From Chrysomallon squamiferum (lineage: Eukaryota > Animalia > Mollusca), in NCBI GenBank assembly GCA_012295275.1, contig CM022666.1, forward strand, positions 12,400,001-12,464,000: a stretch of 64,000 nt of DNA, written 5' to 3'. Below are positions 1-21,746 of this stretch, piece by piece. A program made the translations under genes and the position numbers. Each line of letters starts with the position of its first letter. The stretch's first letter is position 1. A model generated the notes under the pieces. It was given only the letters and a program-made list of their open reading frames with translations. It did no database searches and was not told the DNA's origin.

Positions 1-660
1 CACTTAATAACGGGTATTACCATCTCTTGAATTGACCACTGCAGTGCACAGAATTGACCAAAGTGTTGAATTCTGCCTGTGAAATATTGTTCCATTGATC
101 ACTTGACGAAGTTCGTTGACGTAGTTCGTTGACGTTAGATGGTGTGTTGGGACGACGCGTCGTTCATCTGTCCAGACTATCCCAGACATCATCACGTTGT
201 AAAGAAAATCTGGATTCACCCTAAAAAAGAACGGTATTCCAGCGTCGCCGTATACAACGAGTGTTTTTCCCAATTAAGACGATTTAGACGATGACGTTAC
301 GATAAAACACATCCGACGTAAGCACGTCGTCCATATAAACCGTCCTCACGTAGACGATTACGGACAGTTTGCCCGCTGATTCGGTTATTACGAAGCCCAG
401 GTGTGTTAGAAGCAGTAGCAGTGGCAGTTTGGAGTCGATTGCGCAAAGGCCTGTTCTGACACAGCGATCTTCACCATGCGTTGTAACAGGCGGACGTCCA
501 CGACGTGACAGGTTGCTGTGCTTCCTGTCGTTCGAAATCTTACGCGAAGATTTGGTGTCTCTCCACTACAACACAACCAGGCCTTGCAACGTCTTCTGTC
601 GACACACCAGCACCAAGCATGCCAATCGCCCGTTCACGTAAATGACAGGTATTCTTCGCG
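1..660 (-). mobile_element. Tc1/mariner transposase relic with internal deletion, in intron 5 of copy A
   Basis: Near-identical to 29508-29700 joined to 30033-30490, so the DDE core is deleted. Minus strand reads LRERAIGMLGAGVSTEDVAR, a Tc1-type N-terminal HTH. Confidence 0.85.
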
Positions 661-735
661 TTAATTTTCAGTCTACATTTTATTTGAATGTTGGTAACAG
701 ACTTTATTTATTTATTTATTTGTTTTTTCTCGTAG

Positions 736-1226
736 CAACCTTTAAACCGACTTTTAAGGAGTGTAGATACGGGATATTCTACTCGAATACAAATTTCATG
801 TCTGACGTAGCCACAGTATCATATGACCCAGTTGTGATTGATGAGCTTTTAAACTGCGGACCCTATAGCCTAGAGCTCGTCAAAGGTCTGCCACCCGGGT
901 ATAATTTCACTAAAGGTCTTACTCCGGTAGAATATAAAGCAACCGACCGGTTTGGAAATACGAATTTCTGCAAGTTCATTGTCAATGTTACAAGTATGTA
1001 TTTTATATTTATTTTAATAAAAAAATAATTATTACTTCGTGCAGAGGATTGTTTCTAAGCAATTTCATGACTAACGTAATTAAAATCTTTATTTACGTTC
1101 TACTGGTAATGTGATTTTTAAAGAAGAACAACACAGAAAAATTCAACTTTTTATGTTGCTTCTCTTACTTCAGTGAATTTCGAGTTTACTTCTTCTTCTT
1201 CTTCTTCTTCTAGTTATTACTGTTAC

Positions 1227-1305
<79 letters not shown>

Positions 1306-2006
1306 TCAGCACTACACTGCAACAGACCAAAGTTTAATGATAGGTTTGTTATAATACGCTGTCGTGATGGTTACACTGTGGGGTGCTGGTGCGACCTCAC
1401 GTGCAAATTCCATTTCAAACTGAAAGGAGCCAATCGTATTCAGTGTCGAAGTATGGAAATCAAAAGACCTGTACCTAAAAGACCTAGGGCATTCTGGAGT
1501 CGTGGCCTGAGACTTATTGAACCTACGTGTGCAGGTAGGGATGAAAAAACTTTATAGTGAATTTGAAGACAATTTTACTTAGTGGCGTAGAGTATACAGT
1601 GATTAATTTTTGTAAAGCAAAATTCCTTCAGTTCTGGATTTAACCTCTTTGGGTGCAAATCTCATAATGTTCTAATATATCCGTATCATCATCATTCAGG
1701 ATTGTCGAAGATCCGTTTTGAAAAGTGTCCTGAACGAACTATTAGAATGAGAACGATTCATGGCCAAAAGGTTCGTGTTACGTGGCCGGATGTGCAGGTC
1801 AGAGCTGACGTGGGAAGTATAACTCTTACTCAAGTTGAAGGACCGAAACCAGGAACGTTAATGGGCGCTGGCACAAAATCGATTAAATACATGGCCCTCA
1901 GTGATCTGAATGAAACTATGTTCTGCAACTTCACAGTCGTTATTAGTGGTAACATACTTATATTTTATTTTATTGTATTTATTTGATTATTTATTTATTA
2001 TTATTA

Positions 2007-2089
<83 letters not shown>

Positions 2090-2978
2090 ATTTTCATTAT
2101 TATCATCCTTCTGTCTTAAGACTAACGATAAGTTAAAAATGTTGTTTTGGTATTCATGACTTGATTATATAGTATGTGTATTTAATATATATCAGGAATG
2201 AAACTGTCGTTTATAAACTGCCCACAGAAGAATCTTACTGCAGAAAATGAAGACAAAAGCTTTTCAGCAGTGGTTTCTTGGCCAGAAATAAAAATTGACA
2301 CAAACTCAAAAGACATCACACTAAGTCAAACAGAGGGACCCCCTTCTGGTTCCGAATTTTCTGGAACTACAACCATCGTGTACCGGGCGAAAGACTTGAG
2401 CGGAAACTCTATTACTTGTAGATTCTTTGTAATAATCAACTGTAAGTATGATTGCGATGACTTCTTATGTGCTATCTCTAAACATTTCAGCGATAAGGTG
2501 TAAAATTTAGTTTCGTATGAATAATGATATTAATTAAGAAGCAGCATATTATAGATTACAAGACAGTAATTCAGATCATTTATAAATTATCATCATGAAC
2601 ACATTATTATCGTCATCATTATAATCACGCGACCATCTCCATCATCATTATCATCACACGACCATCATCATCATCATGATTATTATTATCATTACATCAT
2701 CATTATCTTATACTGTTATTATCAGCACCGTTATCATCTTTGTCATGATCATCATTTTATTGTTATCATCATTATATCATCGTCGTCGGCATAATCATCA
2801 TCATCATCATCATCATACATTATTAGGACATATACCGATGAAACCATCAACCGTAGACTGAGAAGGTGTATATATTGTTGCCAATGGACAAGAGTATAGA
2901 GTTCATAGAGTTTCTACTCCAAAGTTATATGAAATGTTTACCTGTCATAACCGTTAATATTTATCATCATCATCATCA

Positions 2979-3047
<69 letters not shown>

Positions 3048-4325
3048 TGTTACTGTTGATCCTTTTGTAGGTTATCTATTCATTCACTCATTTATATTTA
3101 TCACATACAGTGGTGGAGTGCAGCAGACCTACATTTGTTTCGTCTAACATGATGATTATTTGTGACATGAGATACGTCATAGGCTCACAATGTACCTTGC
3201 GCTGCTTTGAATCGTATCCTCTAGTCGGTACTAAGGAGGCAGAGTGTGTTAACAAAGGTTCTAAGACAGATCGTAAACTTGAATGGGTGTTGAAAGGACA
3301 GGAATCTCCTCAATGTCCAGGTACATATATTAAAGACAGATATTTTTCCATTTCAAACTGTGAATGCATATCTCTACTTGATCAGTATTAATTCAAAATA
3401 CCGGAATATTTTCCTTTTATTGTTGTTTTTAAAACCATGATCCTGAATGGACAAAATAATCTACATCTCTGAGGTCTGCGTCCAAGTTAGCCTTAGGGCT
3501 GCGCCGGCCGTGTGTGTATATATATATATATATATATGTGTGTGTATGCATGTATGTGTGTGCATATATGTATGTATGTAAGTAAGTATATTGATCTGTA
3601 TGTATGTATTATGTTCATGCACAGACATACATACACACTATATATTTTTCAGTTCCTCTGTGCGATCCCCTTCCAGCACCACACAATGGAGCTCTGATAT
3701 GTCTCGGTAAGACAGTGTGCATGGCTTTCTGCAACGACAAATATGATATGGAAGAAACAGACATAGGTCCGTTAGGTATGGTAAAATGTCCATATCTAAA
3801 GTTTGTTTGGAGTCATCCAAACGCCGGTGATTGTACCCGTGAGTTGACACTTGTTTTATAGTAACAAGAGAAATATTCTAAATATGTTCTATATACTTTC
3901 AAGCTGCTACCAATACCATTATTACTGTTACTACTACTACCACAAGTGCTACTTCTGTTGTTACTACTATTGCCACTACCACTCCTAGTGCAGCTCTACT
4001 GCAACTGCTGCTATCACTATTTCTACTACTAGTAACACTACTGCTGCTATTTATTCATTTCTACTGCTAATGCTACCACCACTACTACTACTATGATCTA
4101 TTCTCTACAGAGATGAAGGATAAAGAAGTGAGCGGACCTGGATTATTTCCAGGGTCGTGTCACGATCCAGTCAAAGCCAAACAATTGAAGTTGAAAGGAG
4201 TGGCCGAGTTCTGCAAGACAGTCGTGTGGGCATCTGACTGTCCTTGGACTGTAGAAGATATGGAAATGAGCTGTGGCATGGACCCACACATTCTAAGTTC
4301 AACTACGACAATAAAAACAATTTAA
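736..4325 (+). CDS. Copy A: HYR/Sushi secreted protein, exons 6-12 (5' exons outside window), ORF intact
   Basis: GT-AG exons: 736-993 (HYR2), 1310-1534 (Sushi1), 1700-1948 (HYR3), 2196-2441 (HYR4), 3111-3320 (Sushi2), 3653-3838 (Sushi-like), 4111-4325 (C-terminal). All joins are phase 1 and in frame with no stops. HYR motifs such as GYNFTKGLTPVEYKATDRFGNTNFCKFIVNV are present. Confidence 0.85.
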
Positions 4326-4581
4326 AAAAATGATGAGTACTATTTATTTTATTATTATTCCTGTAGTTGTTAGTAAATAAATAAATAAAACAGACATGAA
4401 TTAGCTAATGCATAAATAAAGTGGATAAAAACACAACCTGTGGTTTGCTTCATATTAGCGTATGACAAGAAGTGTAAGAAAAAATGTACAGTAGCAGTCA
4501 TGGGTATCTAAAGCAGAAGAGCTCAATGGGGACAATTTCCTTTGAGTTTTCTACGAAACCCAATACAACGTTTCCATGAAA

Positions 4582-5653
<1,072 letters not shown>

Positions 5654-6229
5654 ACGATGCAGAAACCAAATCAGCGATCCGTACTTGTCAACGTGTTCAA
5701 AACGCACTTTTCATGAGAAAGAAAATAGACACGCCGTTCACATCCAGCCCTTTAATCTAATCTAAAAACAATTTGTATCTTCCAACTCTTAAACTAAAAT
5801 AGTTCAGTTTGCAGGTGTCAGTACAAACATATTGGTAAACATAAACGGATTCCAGGAAAATGATTTAAATTCTAAATACTGTATAAAGCTATAAATACGA
5901 ACAAATGTGTTGTACTTGTTCAGCAAACGACTTTTTTTGCGTATCATGGTAATTAGCGATTTTCGAATGAATAACTTCGCACCATCCAACTAATTGTTTT
6001 CCAGTGCAGAAGCACTTATATCATATCCCAACATTTCTGAGTCTATATTCATTTCAGCTATTGCTTAAGTACTCGAAACTTTGTTGTTTTTTAAACAATG
6101 CGATGACGTCATTTCTTGGTGCGGCCAAAGCATTGTTTTGAAAGAAAAGAATAACAACAAGGACAAAAATAATAATAATAGTAAGCAATAATAATAATTT
6201 CATTTTCAGACACTCACACACACACACAC

Positions 6230-6316
<87 letters not shown>

Positions 6317-6428
6317 AACACAGACACACTTAGGCATGCACAAAAACACACACTAGGACTAAGGTTGTAAAATTGATGAACTTAATAATCCATCATTTGA
6401 AAGATAAATATTTGTTCGTACAGTGTAA

Positions 6429-6524
<96 letters not shown>

Positions 6525-7362
6525 TTATTATTATTATTATTTTATTTATTTATTATTTTAATTTTTTATTTAATTATTTATTTTATTATATTTTTACTAT
6601 ATATGTACTGAAACCATTGCCAAATTATATTATAGTGCGCTTCAGTTTTTTCTTTCTTATCTAATATCTAATTTGTGGAAACTAATACAGCTGTTTCAAT
6701 TTTATAATTTAGAAAACCTGATATAAATTTGTAATCAATGAAATATAAACTGAAAAAACATCTAAACATTTAATTCTGCTTTCATACAAAACTTTAGCAA
6801 ACCTTTAGCATTTTATAAAGGTTTTAAAGCATATTCGTTTTCACTCGTAAGTCGCTAATAAGAAAAACAGAAATATTGTGGCTCATTCAGAATCTTCTTT
6901 TCTCCAAAACAAAAAATTTCAAAGAATATTAACTATATTTTGAAAACACTGAAACGAGAAAAGAAAACAAGAAAAAGACTTGTAGATTTAGCGGGTCATA
7001 TTTTGATTAAAGAATTTCAAGTCGAGATGGAAGTTGTCCCCATTGAACCCTCCTGCTTTCGACGCCCATGACTGCTACTGTACATTTCTTCTTACACTTC
7101 TTATCTTTTGCAAACACGCAACAAGTTAAGTTTTTGTCCATTTATTTATGCAGTACGTAATTCATATCTATTTTATTTTTTATAATACTACTACTAATAA
7201 TAATAAAATTCAGTGATTTCAAGTTTTTGTAAGTCTGAGTAATTTTCACTTCTGCCGCCAATTGACCTGTCGATCATAGACGGAAGCCAGCGAGCTCGGA
7301 CTACCAGTCATTGTCTATATGTTTTTTATTTTTTTATTTTATTATTATTGTCCTAGATGAAC

Positions 7363-14074
<6,712 letters not shown>

Positions 14075-14186
14075 TGTTCCACAGAGATTTTCTCCGAACA
14101 GACTCCTGACACTGGACTACCACCAAATCTGTTTCTTGGTGTGGAGTCTCTTGCAGTTTATGTTATACATGTCGTACACACCACAG

Positions 14187-14192
14187 TTTATA
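14187..14192 (-). promoter_or_regulatory. Candidate TATA box of copy B
   Basis: TATAAA about 115 nt upstream of the ATG at 14074; same position as in copy D (26969). Confidence 0.35.
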
Positions 14193-14724
14193 AAGTATCT
14201 TTTTAATAAGGAAAGACGCAATATTCGAAACTCTATACTGAAATTTTAATTAGTGTATAAAAACATTTAGATGTAAAATCCGTCGTTTATTGCTATGAAA
14301 CGTCGTTAAATTAACTTTAATATAATAACATTTATGAAAATGACAATTTTTATAAGTGTAATATAAATTTTAATTTTAGTGTTAAGGATAGGGTATAAGA
14401 AAATATATCGACTTGAAGAAAATTAAACTTTAATTAATTAATTATATAACACTAAAATGATTATAAATGTTTATAAAATATAAACAGTAAGATTGCGTTT
14501 AATTTATTTTTACGATGTAATTAAACCGAATTAATTACAATTATTTTCAAAGACATTTTAATTTCTGTTTATATTAATTTATTTTAATCTTAAAAGACGA
14601 TTATTTTCTTTGTTAATATTCTTCCCATGTCTTTTTAATACCATTATTACATAAAAAAAAAATATTAAAATGGAAAATAATTTAATTTTAATTAATTTCT
14701 TAAACCGTAGTGCATATTAGATGC

Positions 14725-15095
14725 ATTCTCTCCAAAATGAATCAATGGGCTCACTCGAATGTTTCAATTTTAACCCTCGGTCACTAGAAAGGGTCGCCAA
14801 TTCTTCTTCTTCCTGTAACTCAAGCTCAATGTTGGAAGAATGATTTATGAAAGGATCTCTAATCCAATTATTTTCTGTCTTTAATTACTGAAAGTAATTG
14901 TTGATGCTTTCGTGCAGGGCTGTCAGATGAGTAAACACAATAGAGATCATTTCTCTAATCCAGGTAGAACGCAATAAAGGGAACATATCAAGACTGACAG
15001 TGATTGCTCTTTTTTTTTCCAAATCACTATTTTCTTTTTGAGGGCAACTAACTTGTCTGTTGAAGTGACAATATTTTCCTTTTTACCTTACATAC
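14725..15095 (-). mobile_element. hAT (Buster/ZBED5-ZBED8-like) transposase fragment, degenerate
   Basis: Minus strand translates with stops/frameshift to GKKENIVTSTDKLVALKKKIVIW...DMFPLL...NWIRDPF...ELQEEEELATLSSDRGLKLK...DSFW, typical of the Buster-type C-terminal region. Confidence 0.75.
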
Positions 15096-15194
15096 TACTG
15101 TTTGTTTTATTTTTGGATCACGTGGAAAAGACCTGTGAGAAGACGAGTTTTGACTCGAGGAAACGGTGAAAAGAACAGAAGAGAATAACTGTTA

Positions 15195-15348
15195 TGATAA
15201 AAACACAGTTACGAGAACGTAAATTAATAGATACACATAAATATAAAACATGTGCAATACTGTAAGTAGTGACGTCAGTAACACGCATCCCACATGACCA
15301 GTGTCGCCACCTAAACAGAAATAATACGTATCAGCTGTGTTTACTGAA
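15195..15348 (+). repeat. Dispersed ~150-bp locus repeat containing TGACGTCA
   Basis: GATAAAAACACA...CATGACCAGTGTCGCCAC... also occurs at about 19855-20010(+), 22830-22975(-), 43938-44090(+) and 56307-56445(+). Confidence 0.8.
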
Positions 15349-15816
15349 CATTCGATGCGAATACAAACCTCAACTCTAACTTAGCCACAGTTTCATTTGA
15401 CCCTGTGGTGATTAGTGAGCTTTTAAACTGCGGACCCTATAGCCTAGAGCTCGTCAAAGGTCTGCCACCCGGGTATAATTTTATTAAAGGTCTTACTCCG
15501 GTAGAATATAAAGCAACCGACCTGTTTGTAAATACGAATTTCTGCAAGTTCATTGTCAATGTTACCAGTATGTATTTTATATATATTTTAAGAAAAAAAT
15601 AATTATTACTTCGTGCAGAGGAATGTTTCTAAGCAATTTCATGAAAAATGTATTTTAACAGATTATTTATATTCAACTGATAATGGGATATTCAAAGAGG
15701 AAAAAGAATTAAAAACAACCCAGAAAGCATTTCATTTTTGATGTTTCTTTTGCTTCAGTATTATTATTATCATCATTGTCATTGTCGTTGTTATTATCAT
15801 TACATTATTATTATTA

Positions 15817-15877
<61 letters not shown>

Positions 15878-17480
15878 TCAGCACTATAATGCAACAGACT
15901 AAAGTTTAATGATAGGTTTGTTATAATACACTACGTGATGGTTACACTGTGGGGTGCTGGTGCGACCTCACATGCAAATTTCATTTCAAACTGAAAGGAG
16001 CCGATCATATTTAGTGTCGAAGAATGGAAGTCAAAAGTCGAGACCCACCTGTGCAGATAGGGATGAAAAAAGTTTACAGTGAATTTGAAGACAATTTTAC
16101 TTTTTGACGTAGAGTATGCAATGATTAATTTTTGTAAACTAAATTTCCTACAGTTCTGAATTTAATGTCTTTGGGTGTAAATCTTGTAATGTTCTGATAT
16201 ATCCGTATCATCATCATTCAGGATTGTCGAAGATCCGTTTTGAAAAGTGTCCTGAAAGAACAATTAGAATGAACACGATTGAGGGCAGAAAAGTTCGTGT
16301 TGCATGGCCGAATGTGGATACCAGAGCTGACGTGGGAGATATAACTCTTACTCAACTGAAGGACCGAAACCAGGATCGTTAATGGGAGTCGGCACAGTGT
16401 CGATTAAATACATGGCCCACAGTGAGCTGAATGAAACTCTGTTCTGCAACTTCACAATCATTATTAGCGGTAATATACGTATATTTTATTTTATTTTATT
16501 TTATTTTATTTTTTTTTTCTGTTTATTTATTTATTTATTTATTTATTTTTATTATTATTACTGTTGTTGTTGCTGTTATTGTTGCCGTTATTATTGTTAT
16601 TATTATCTTATTTTTGTTTTCGTTCCATCTTAAAAATAACGAAATGACAAAGTTAAGAATGTTGTTTTGGTGCTTATAACTTGATCATATTCAAGGTTGT
16701 CTTTAATGTTGTTAAAAAAAAAAATCACGATCTATATGAACATTTTAAGCTGTTTGTGAGTGAGATATGCATGAAGTATATCATTATATATATCTTTGGT
16801 GATGCTTAGCTATTACTGGATTGTTTTGGGCGATCAACTGTCATTAAAAACACAGTAAGAAAAATGTAATACTGTCCATCCATCCATATATATATATATA
16901 AAAGACAGTCGAATTCCTGATAAGTATTAAACTCACATTCTTTATAATATGGAGTAATATATATATATTATTCCTGATTATAAAGTATGTATATTTAATA
17001 TTTATCAGGAATTCGATTGTTATTTATAAAAATAATCTTACTGCAGAAAATTAAGACAAAAGATTTTCGGCAGTAGTTACTTGGCCAGAAATAAAGATTG
17101 ACACAAACTCAAAAGACATCACACTAAGTCAAACAGAGGGACCCCCTTCTGGTTCGGAATTTTCTGGAACTACAACCATCGTGTACCGGGCAAAAGACTT
17201 GAGCAGAAACTCTATTACTTGTAAATTGTTTGTAAAATCATTACATAATCATGATCATCATCGTCGTCATCATCATTATCATGCAGTATTATGATATATA
17301 TCGATGAATCCATGAACCCTAGACTGAATTAAACATATGTGTTATGCTGACACTGAGAAGGTGTATTTATTGTTGCTAAAGGACAAGAGTACTTCATAGC
17401 GTTTCTACTCAACAAATACAATCAATGTTTACCTCTATAATAAACGTTAGTATTTATTACTGTCATCATCATCATCATCG

Positions 17481-17549
<69 letters not shown>

Positions 17550-19309
17550 TGTTATTGTTGATGCTTTTGTAGGTTACCTATTCATTCACTGATTTATATT
17601 TATCTTATACAGTGGTGGAGTGCAGCAAACCTACATTTGTTTCGTCTAACATGATGTTTATTTGTGACATGAAACACGTCATAGGCTCATACTGTACCAT
17701 GCGATGCTTTGAATCGTATCCTATAGTCGGTACCAAGGAGGCAAAGTGTGTTAACAAAGGTTCTAAGACAGATCGTAAACTTGAATGGGTGTTGGATGGA
17801 GAGGAAACTCCTGAATGTCCAGGTACATATATTAAAGACAGATATTTTTTCTATTTCGAATTGTGAATGGCTATTACTACTTGGTTCTGTATATATGATT
17901 GTAAAGAGATACTTTTTTATATATGTATTTATGTATGTATGCAGGGCCAGTGCGAAACTATTTTCTGCCCCAATAATAAATAAATAAATGATAATTGATA
18001 ATTGTACTGTTAGCGTCGAAAACAACCTGCTTATAATCTGACAGAGAATTGATTTAAAAGTATTAAGAACTTAAAAGTATCTTTCCATTTCGAATTGTGA
18101 ATGCCTATCTCTACTTGATCAGTATCAATACATAATTCTAAAGAAATATTTTGTATGTATGTATTTATGTATGTATGCAGGGCCAGTGCGAAATTATTTT
18201 GTGCCCCAATAATACTTACTTTTTTACTTATTTTTTATTTTTTATTTTTTTATTTATTTAGTTTTTGTATCAGATAATCTTGAAGAAAATTGCTTTATTG
18301 ATAACTGTACTGGTTATAATCTAACAGTGAACTGACTATAAACTCTTATGAACATTGATCTGTTTACTGGTATATTTTCCTTTTATTATTGTTTTAAAAC
18401 CATGATCCTTAATGGACAAAATAATGCACATCTCTGAGGTCCGCGTCCTAGTTAGATTTATGGCTTCGCCTGTTCTGTATATATGTGTGCATGTATGTAT
18501 GTATATGTACATGTGGGTGTATGTATGTATTATGTATCTATGTTTATATTTTGTATGTCTGAATATATTATGAACATATATATATATATATATATATATT
18601 TTATTTAAATCTATGTAACGATGCACGTTTGGATGTGTATATTTATTTATATATGTATGTGTGTATCTATGTATGTAAGTATAAATACAGACTGACACAC
18701 ACACACACACACAGAATATGTATTTCAGGACCTATGTACCAGGACCTTCCACCCAAACACAATGGAGCTCTGATATGTCTCGCTAAGAGAGTCTGCATGG
18801 CTTTCTGCAACCACCAGTATGACAAGGAACAAACGGACATAGGTCTGTTAGGTATGGTAAAATGTCCATATCTAAAGTATAGTTGGACTCCTGAAAACAC
18901 CGGTGACTGTAGCCGTGAGTTGACACTTATATTATATTAACAAGAGAAATAATACAAATACATTCCGTGTACTTTCAAACTGCTACCAATACTATTATTA
19001 CTATTAGCACTACAAGTGCTACTTCTATTATTATCTCTACTACCACTACCACTGCTAGTACAGTGCTACTTCTTCAACTACTTCTTCTTACTCTATTTTT
19101 ACCACTACTACTACTAATACTAGCTCAATCTGCTGTTTGTTGATTTATACTACTACTACTATGATCAATTCTCTAGAGTGTTGGGGGTTATCGCAGAAAT
19201 TTTGTAAAAGCAAAGAGAAGTGGCCGAGTTCTGCAGGTCAGTCGTGTGGGCATCTCATTGTTCTTGGACTGAATCAGATATCGAAATGACCTCTGACATT
19301 GACCCGTAA
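15349..19309 (+). pseudogene. Copy C: 5'-truncated pseudogene (mid exon 6 to exon 12)
   Basis: Exon 6 part 15349-15567. Exon 7 15882-16056 is frameshifted, 3'-deleted and has donor GT>AT. Exon 8 16222-16469 is -1 nt. Exon 9 from 17009 has a deletion, a stop and no donor. Exon 10 17613-17822 is open. Exon 11 18729-18914 has lost its first Cys. Exon 12 is degenerate. Confidence 0.9.
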
Positions 19310-20589
19310 ATTCTGAGTTCAGTTAGGAAAATAAAAGAAAACAGTAAAAAAAAAAAAAAAACAGAAAACAGAACCATATGAACAATGACAAGTCAAAAAC
19401 TTGAAATCACTGAAATTTATTATTATTATTTATTTCTTTATTAAATAAATAAATAAAACATTCTTTAAAAGTAATGTTTAACAAAAACAATTAACTTCAG
19501 CAGGGGTTCTGTTGTCTTTTGTAGAGCACATCGACCTCTAGGTAATACCAGATTAATGGGTGTCAGTTCATGTTTGTCTATTTCTGACACACGGACAACA
19601 GCCACACTAAAACCAATACCATACTAATCTGTCTGTAATCATTTCTACCTCTTATGTTAACTAGAACTAATTACATTGTATAAAACTCTCTATAAAAATC
19701 CTTTATGCATACTCAAGACATTAATAATAATAATACCATAAGCTTTTTAAATACATGTATACATGCACTTCCTGAAATTGTTATTGATACTTGGTTATAT
19801 TGATAACATAAATATAATATCACTCAGACATTCAAGGAAAAGAATAACTTTTTTGATAAAAACACAATTACTAGCACATGTAAACTAAGAGTTACACATA
19901 AATATAAAACATGCAGTATTGTAAGTAGTGACGTCAGTAACACTCATCCCGCATGACCAGTGTCGCCACTTGAACAGAAATAATTCGTATGAACTGTGTT
20001 AACTGAAAAAAAACCCTGAGTGTATTAATCGTGTTTATTTTTAAATATATTTTCATGAGAAAACTAATACAAATCCCATTAAATTATTACAAATTGTAAC
20101 GACTGTTACTTAAAGTAACGCCAAGACATTTAATACATTGTGCGCTAGCATTTTCCAATTAAATGAAAGTCCACAAATAAAATATAATTATTGTCTCATC
20201 TTTAATATATAAAATCTTAATTATACCTTTTTTGTAGACATATTTAAAGAATGGAAAAATCTATATTAATTACTGATCTTAGCTGATCTGTTGCATATAA
20301 GAGAAAATTAACTATTAATAAATATAACAATGTTTACCCTCACTATCAGTTGTTTAAGTCCTGCAATGTCGAAGGCTAGGATGCAACGCTGTCTGAGTAA
20401 AGTCCAACCTTAAACTCCAGACAGCAGTTGCTATATATGGTCATGTCATATGTCACATGTCCCCAGTGTTAACGAAAGCTCCCAAAAGGAGGCGGTCATC
20501 TTAATTTCTCCTGCTAGCACTTACCCCTCACTAATTACTTAAAAATCATTATATACTGACCTTTATCGAAGAGGAAACAATGGATATTG

Positions 20590-21746
20590 ATATTTCCACA
20601 AGTGTCAGTCACTTTGGAATTTCAACCACTCAAAGCACGCTATTTCCACACACCCATAATGTTTTATTTTCGGCCGCCATATTGTGCCAGAAGCGGTGTT
20701 CTTATGTTGATCATTGTTTAGTTCAGATGTTCAGCAAGCTTTTTTGTTAGAAGGTATTATTCATAGGCACAATGGCTGAAGCGATGTGAACGGTACGAAA
20801 ACGGACATCATTTGAAATTTATACAGTTTCCGAAGCCGAAAACACAATGAGAAATGTTTAAATGGATTCGACTATGCGGATGACCACACTGTTAAAAAGA
20901 AACTCATTTATAAACATGAACATGTTTTCAAATAATAATAAAACACACTGCTGATATTTAGCTATATACGAATTACCTAAATATAAATCATTTACATGCC
21001 CACGCACGGTCACTGAACACATTTTATTTACGGTTGTATGCTCTGGAACATATGGTTAAGGACCACACTATATCGAGAGAGGAACCCCACTTCAAGGCCT
21101 ACTATATTTTATTAGCAGTGACATCCCACAGACAGGGTAGTGTATGCCAGTCATGGTGCCCCGGGTAGAACACGAAATGATCCAATGGACTAACTGAGAG
21201 TGAAAAAAGACTGTGTGTTGTGTGTGTTTGTGTGTGTGATGCATATGACCAAAATAGGTTCTCAGGTGAAATGAAACTAAACATTTGGGCTATGCATTGT
21301 AAATGTTCAACTATTAGAACTAGTTTTGAAAAGGCAGCTTTAAGTCAAGTGAGTCGTTTGTTACATTCTAGTTTGTTATTTTCTTTTTTCTTTGCATTAT
21401 CAGTTTAAATATACTCATCCAAGCAAACATCAATAAGCAGTTTGTGTGCCGAGTCGTTTTTCCTCGTGCAACGCCAGCATCTCGCATTCACTTTCGGTTG
21501 ATTTTCGTCGGAAATGTTTCTCTTTATCGTGGATATAGCCTTGGGTAAAATAATTTAAACCTTTCTGTTGAGCTTTTCCGAAAAGGCCCGATCTCTCAGG
21601 AAGATATTAAATCGATTCATAATCTGGAATACTTTTTAGATCAGCTACGCCATCTGCTACCGATTCCACCAGTTTGGATGTTAGCTTGTGGTACGTAGTA
21701 ACAGTAACTAAGGAGGCGTGACTTACGTAGTAATTGTGGAAACATG
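20590..21746. mobile_element. TIR DNA transposon relic with THAP domain (+) and a convergent second ORF (-); ISL2EU/Harbinger- or P-like
   Basis: Interrupts a segment that is contiguous at 5090-5110. Imperfect TIRs GATATTTCCACAA / TTGTGGAAACATG. Plus strand about 20815-20890 gives FIQFPKPKTQ...KCLKWIRLCG*PH (THAP-like). Minus strand about 21460-21670 gives AQQKGLNYFTQGYIHD...NARCWR. Confidence 0.55.

Noticed and set aside
369-641. Duplicated 90-aa ORF MPADSVITK (also 30216-30488)
   Set aside because: Antisense frame of the Tc1 transposase N-terminus.
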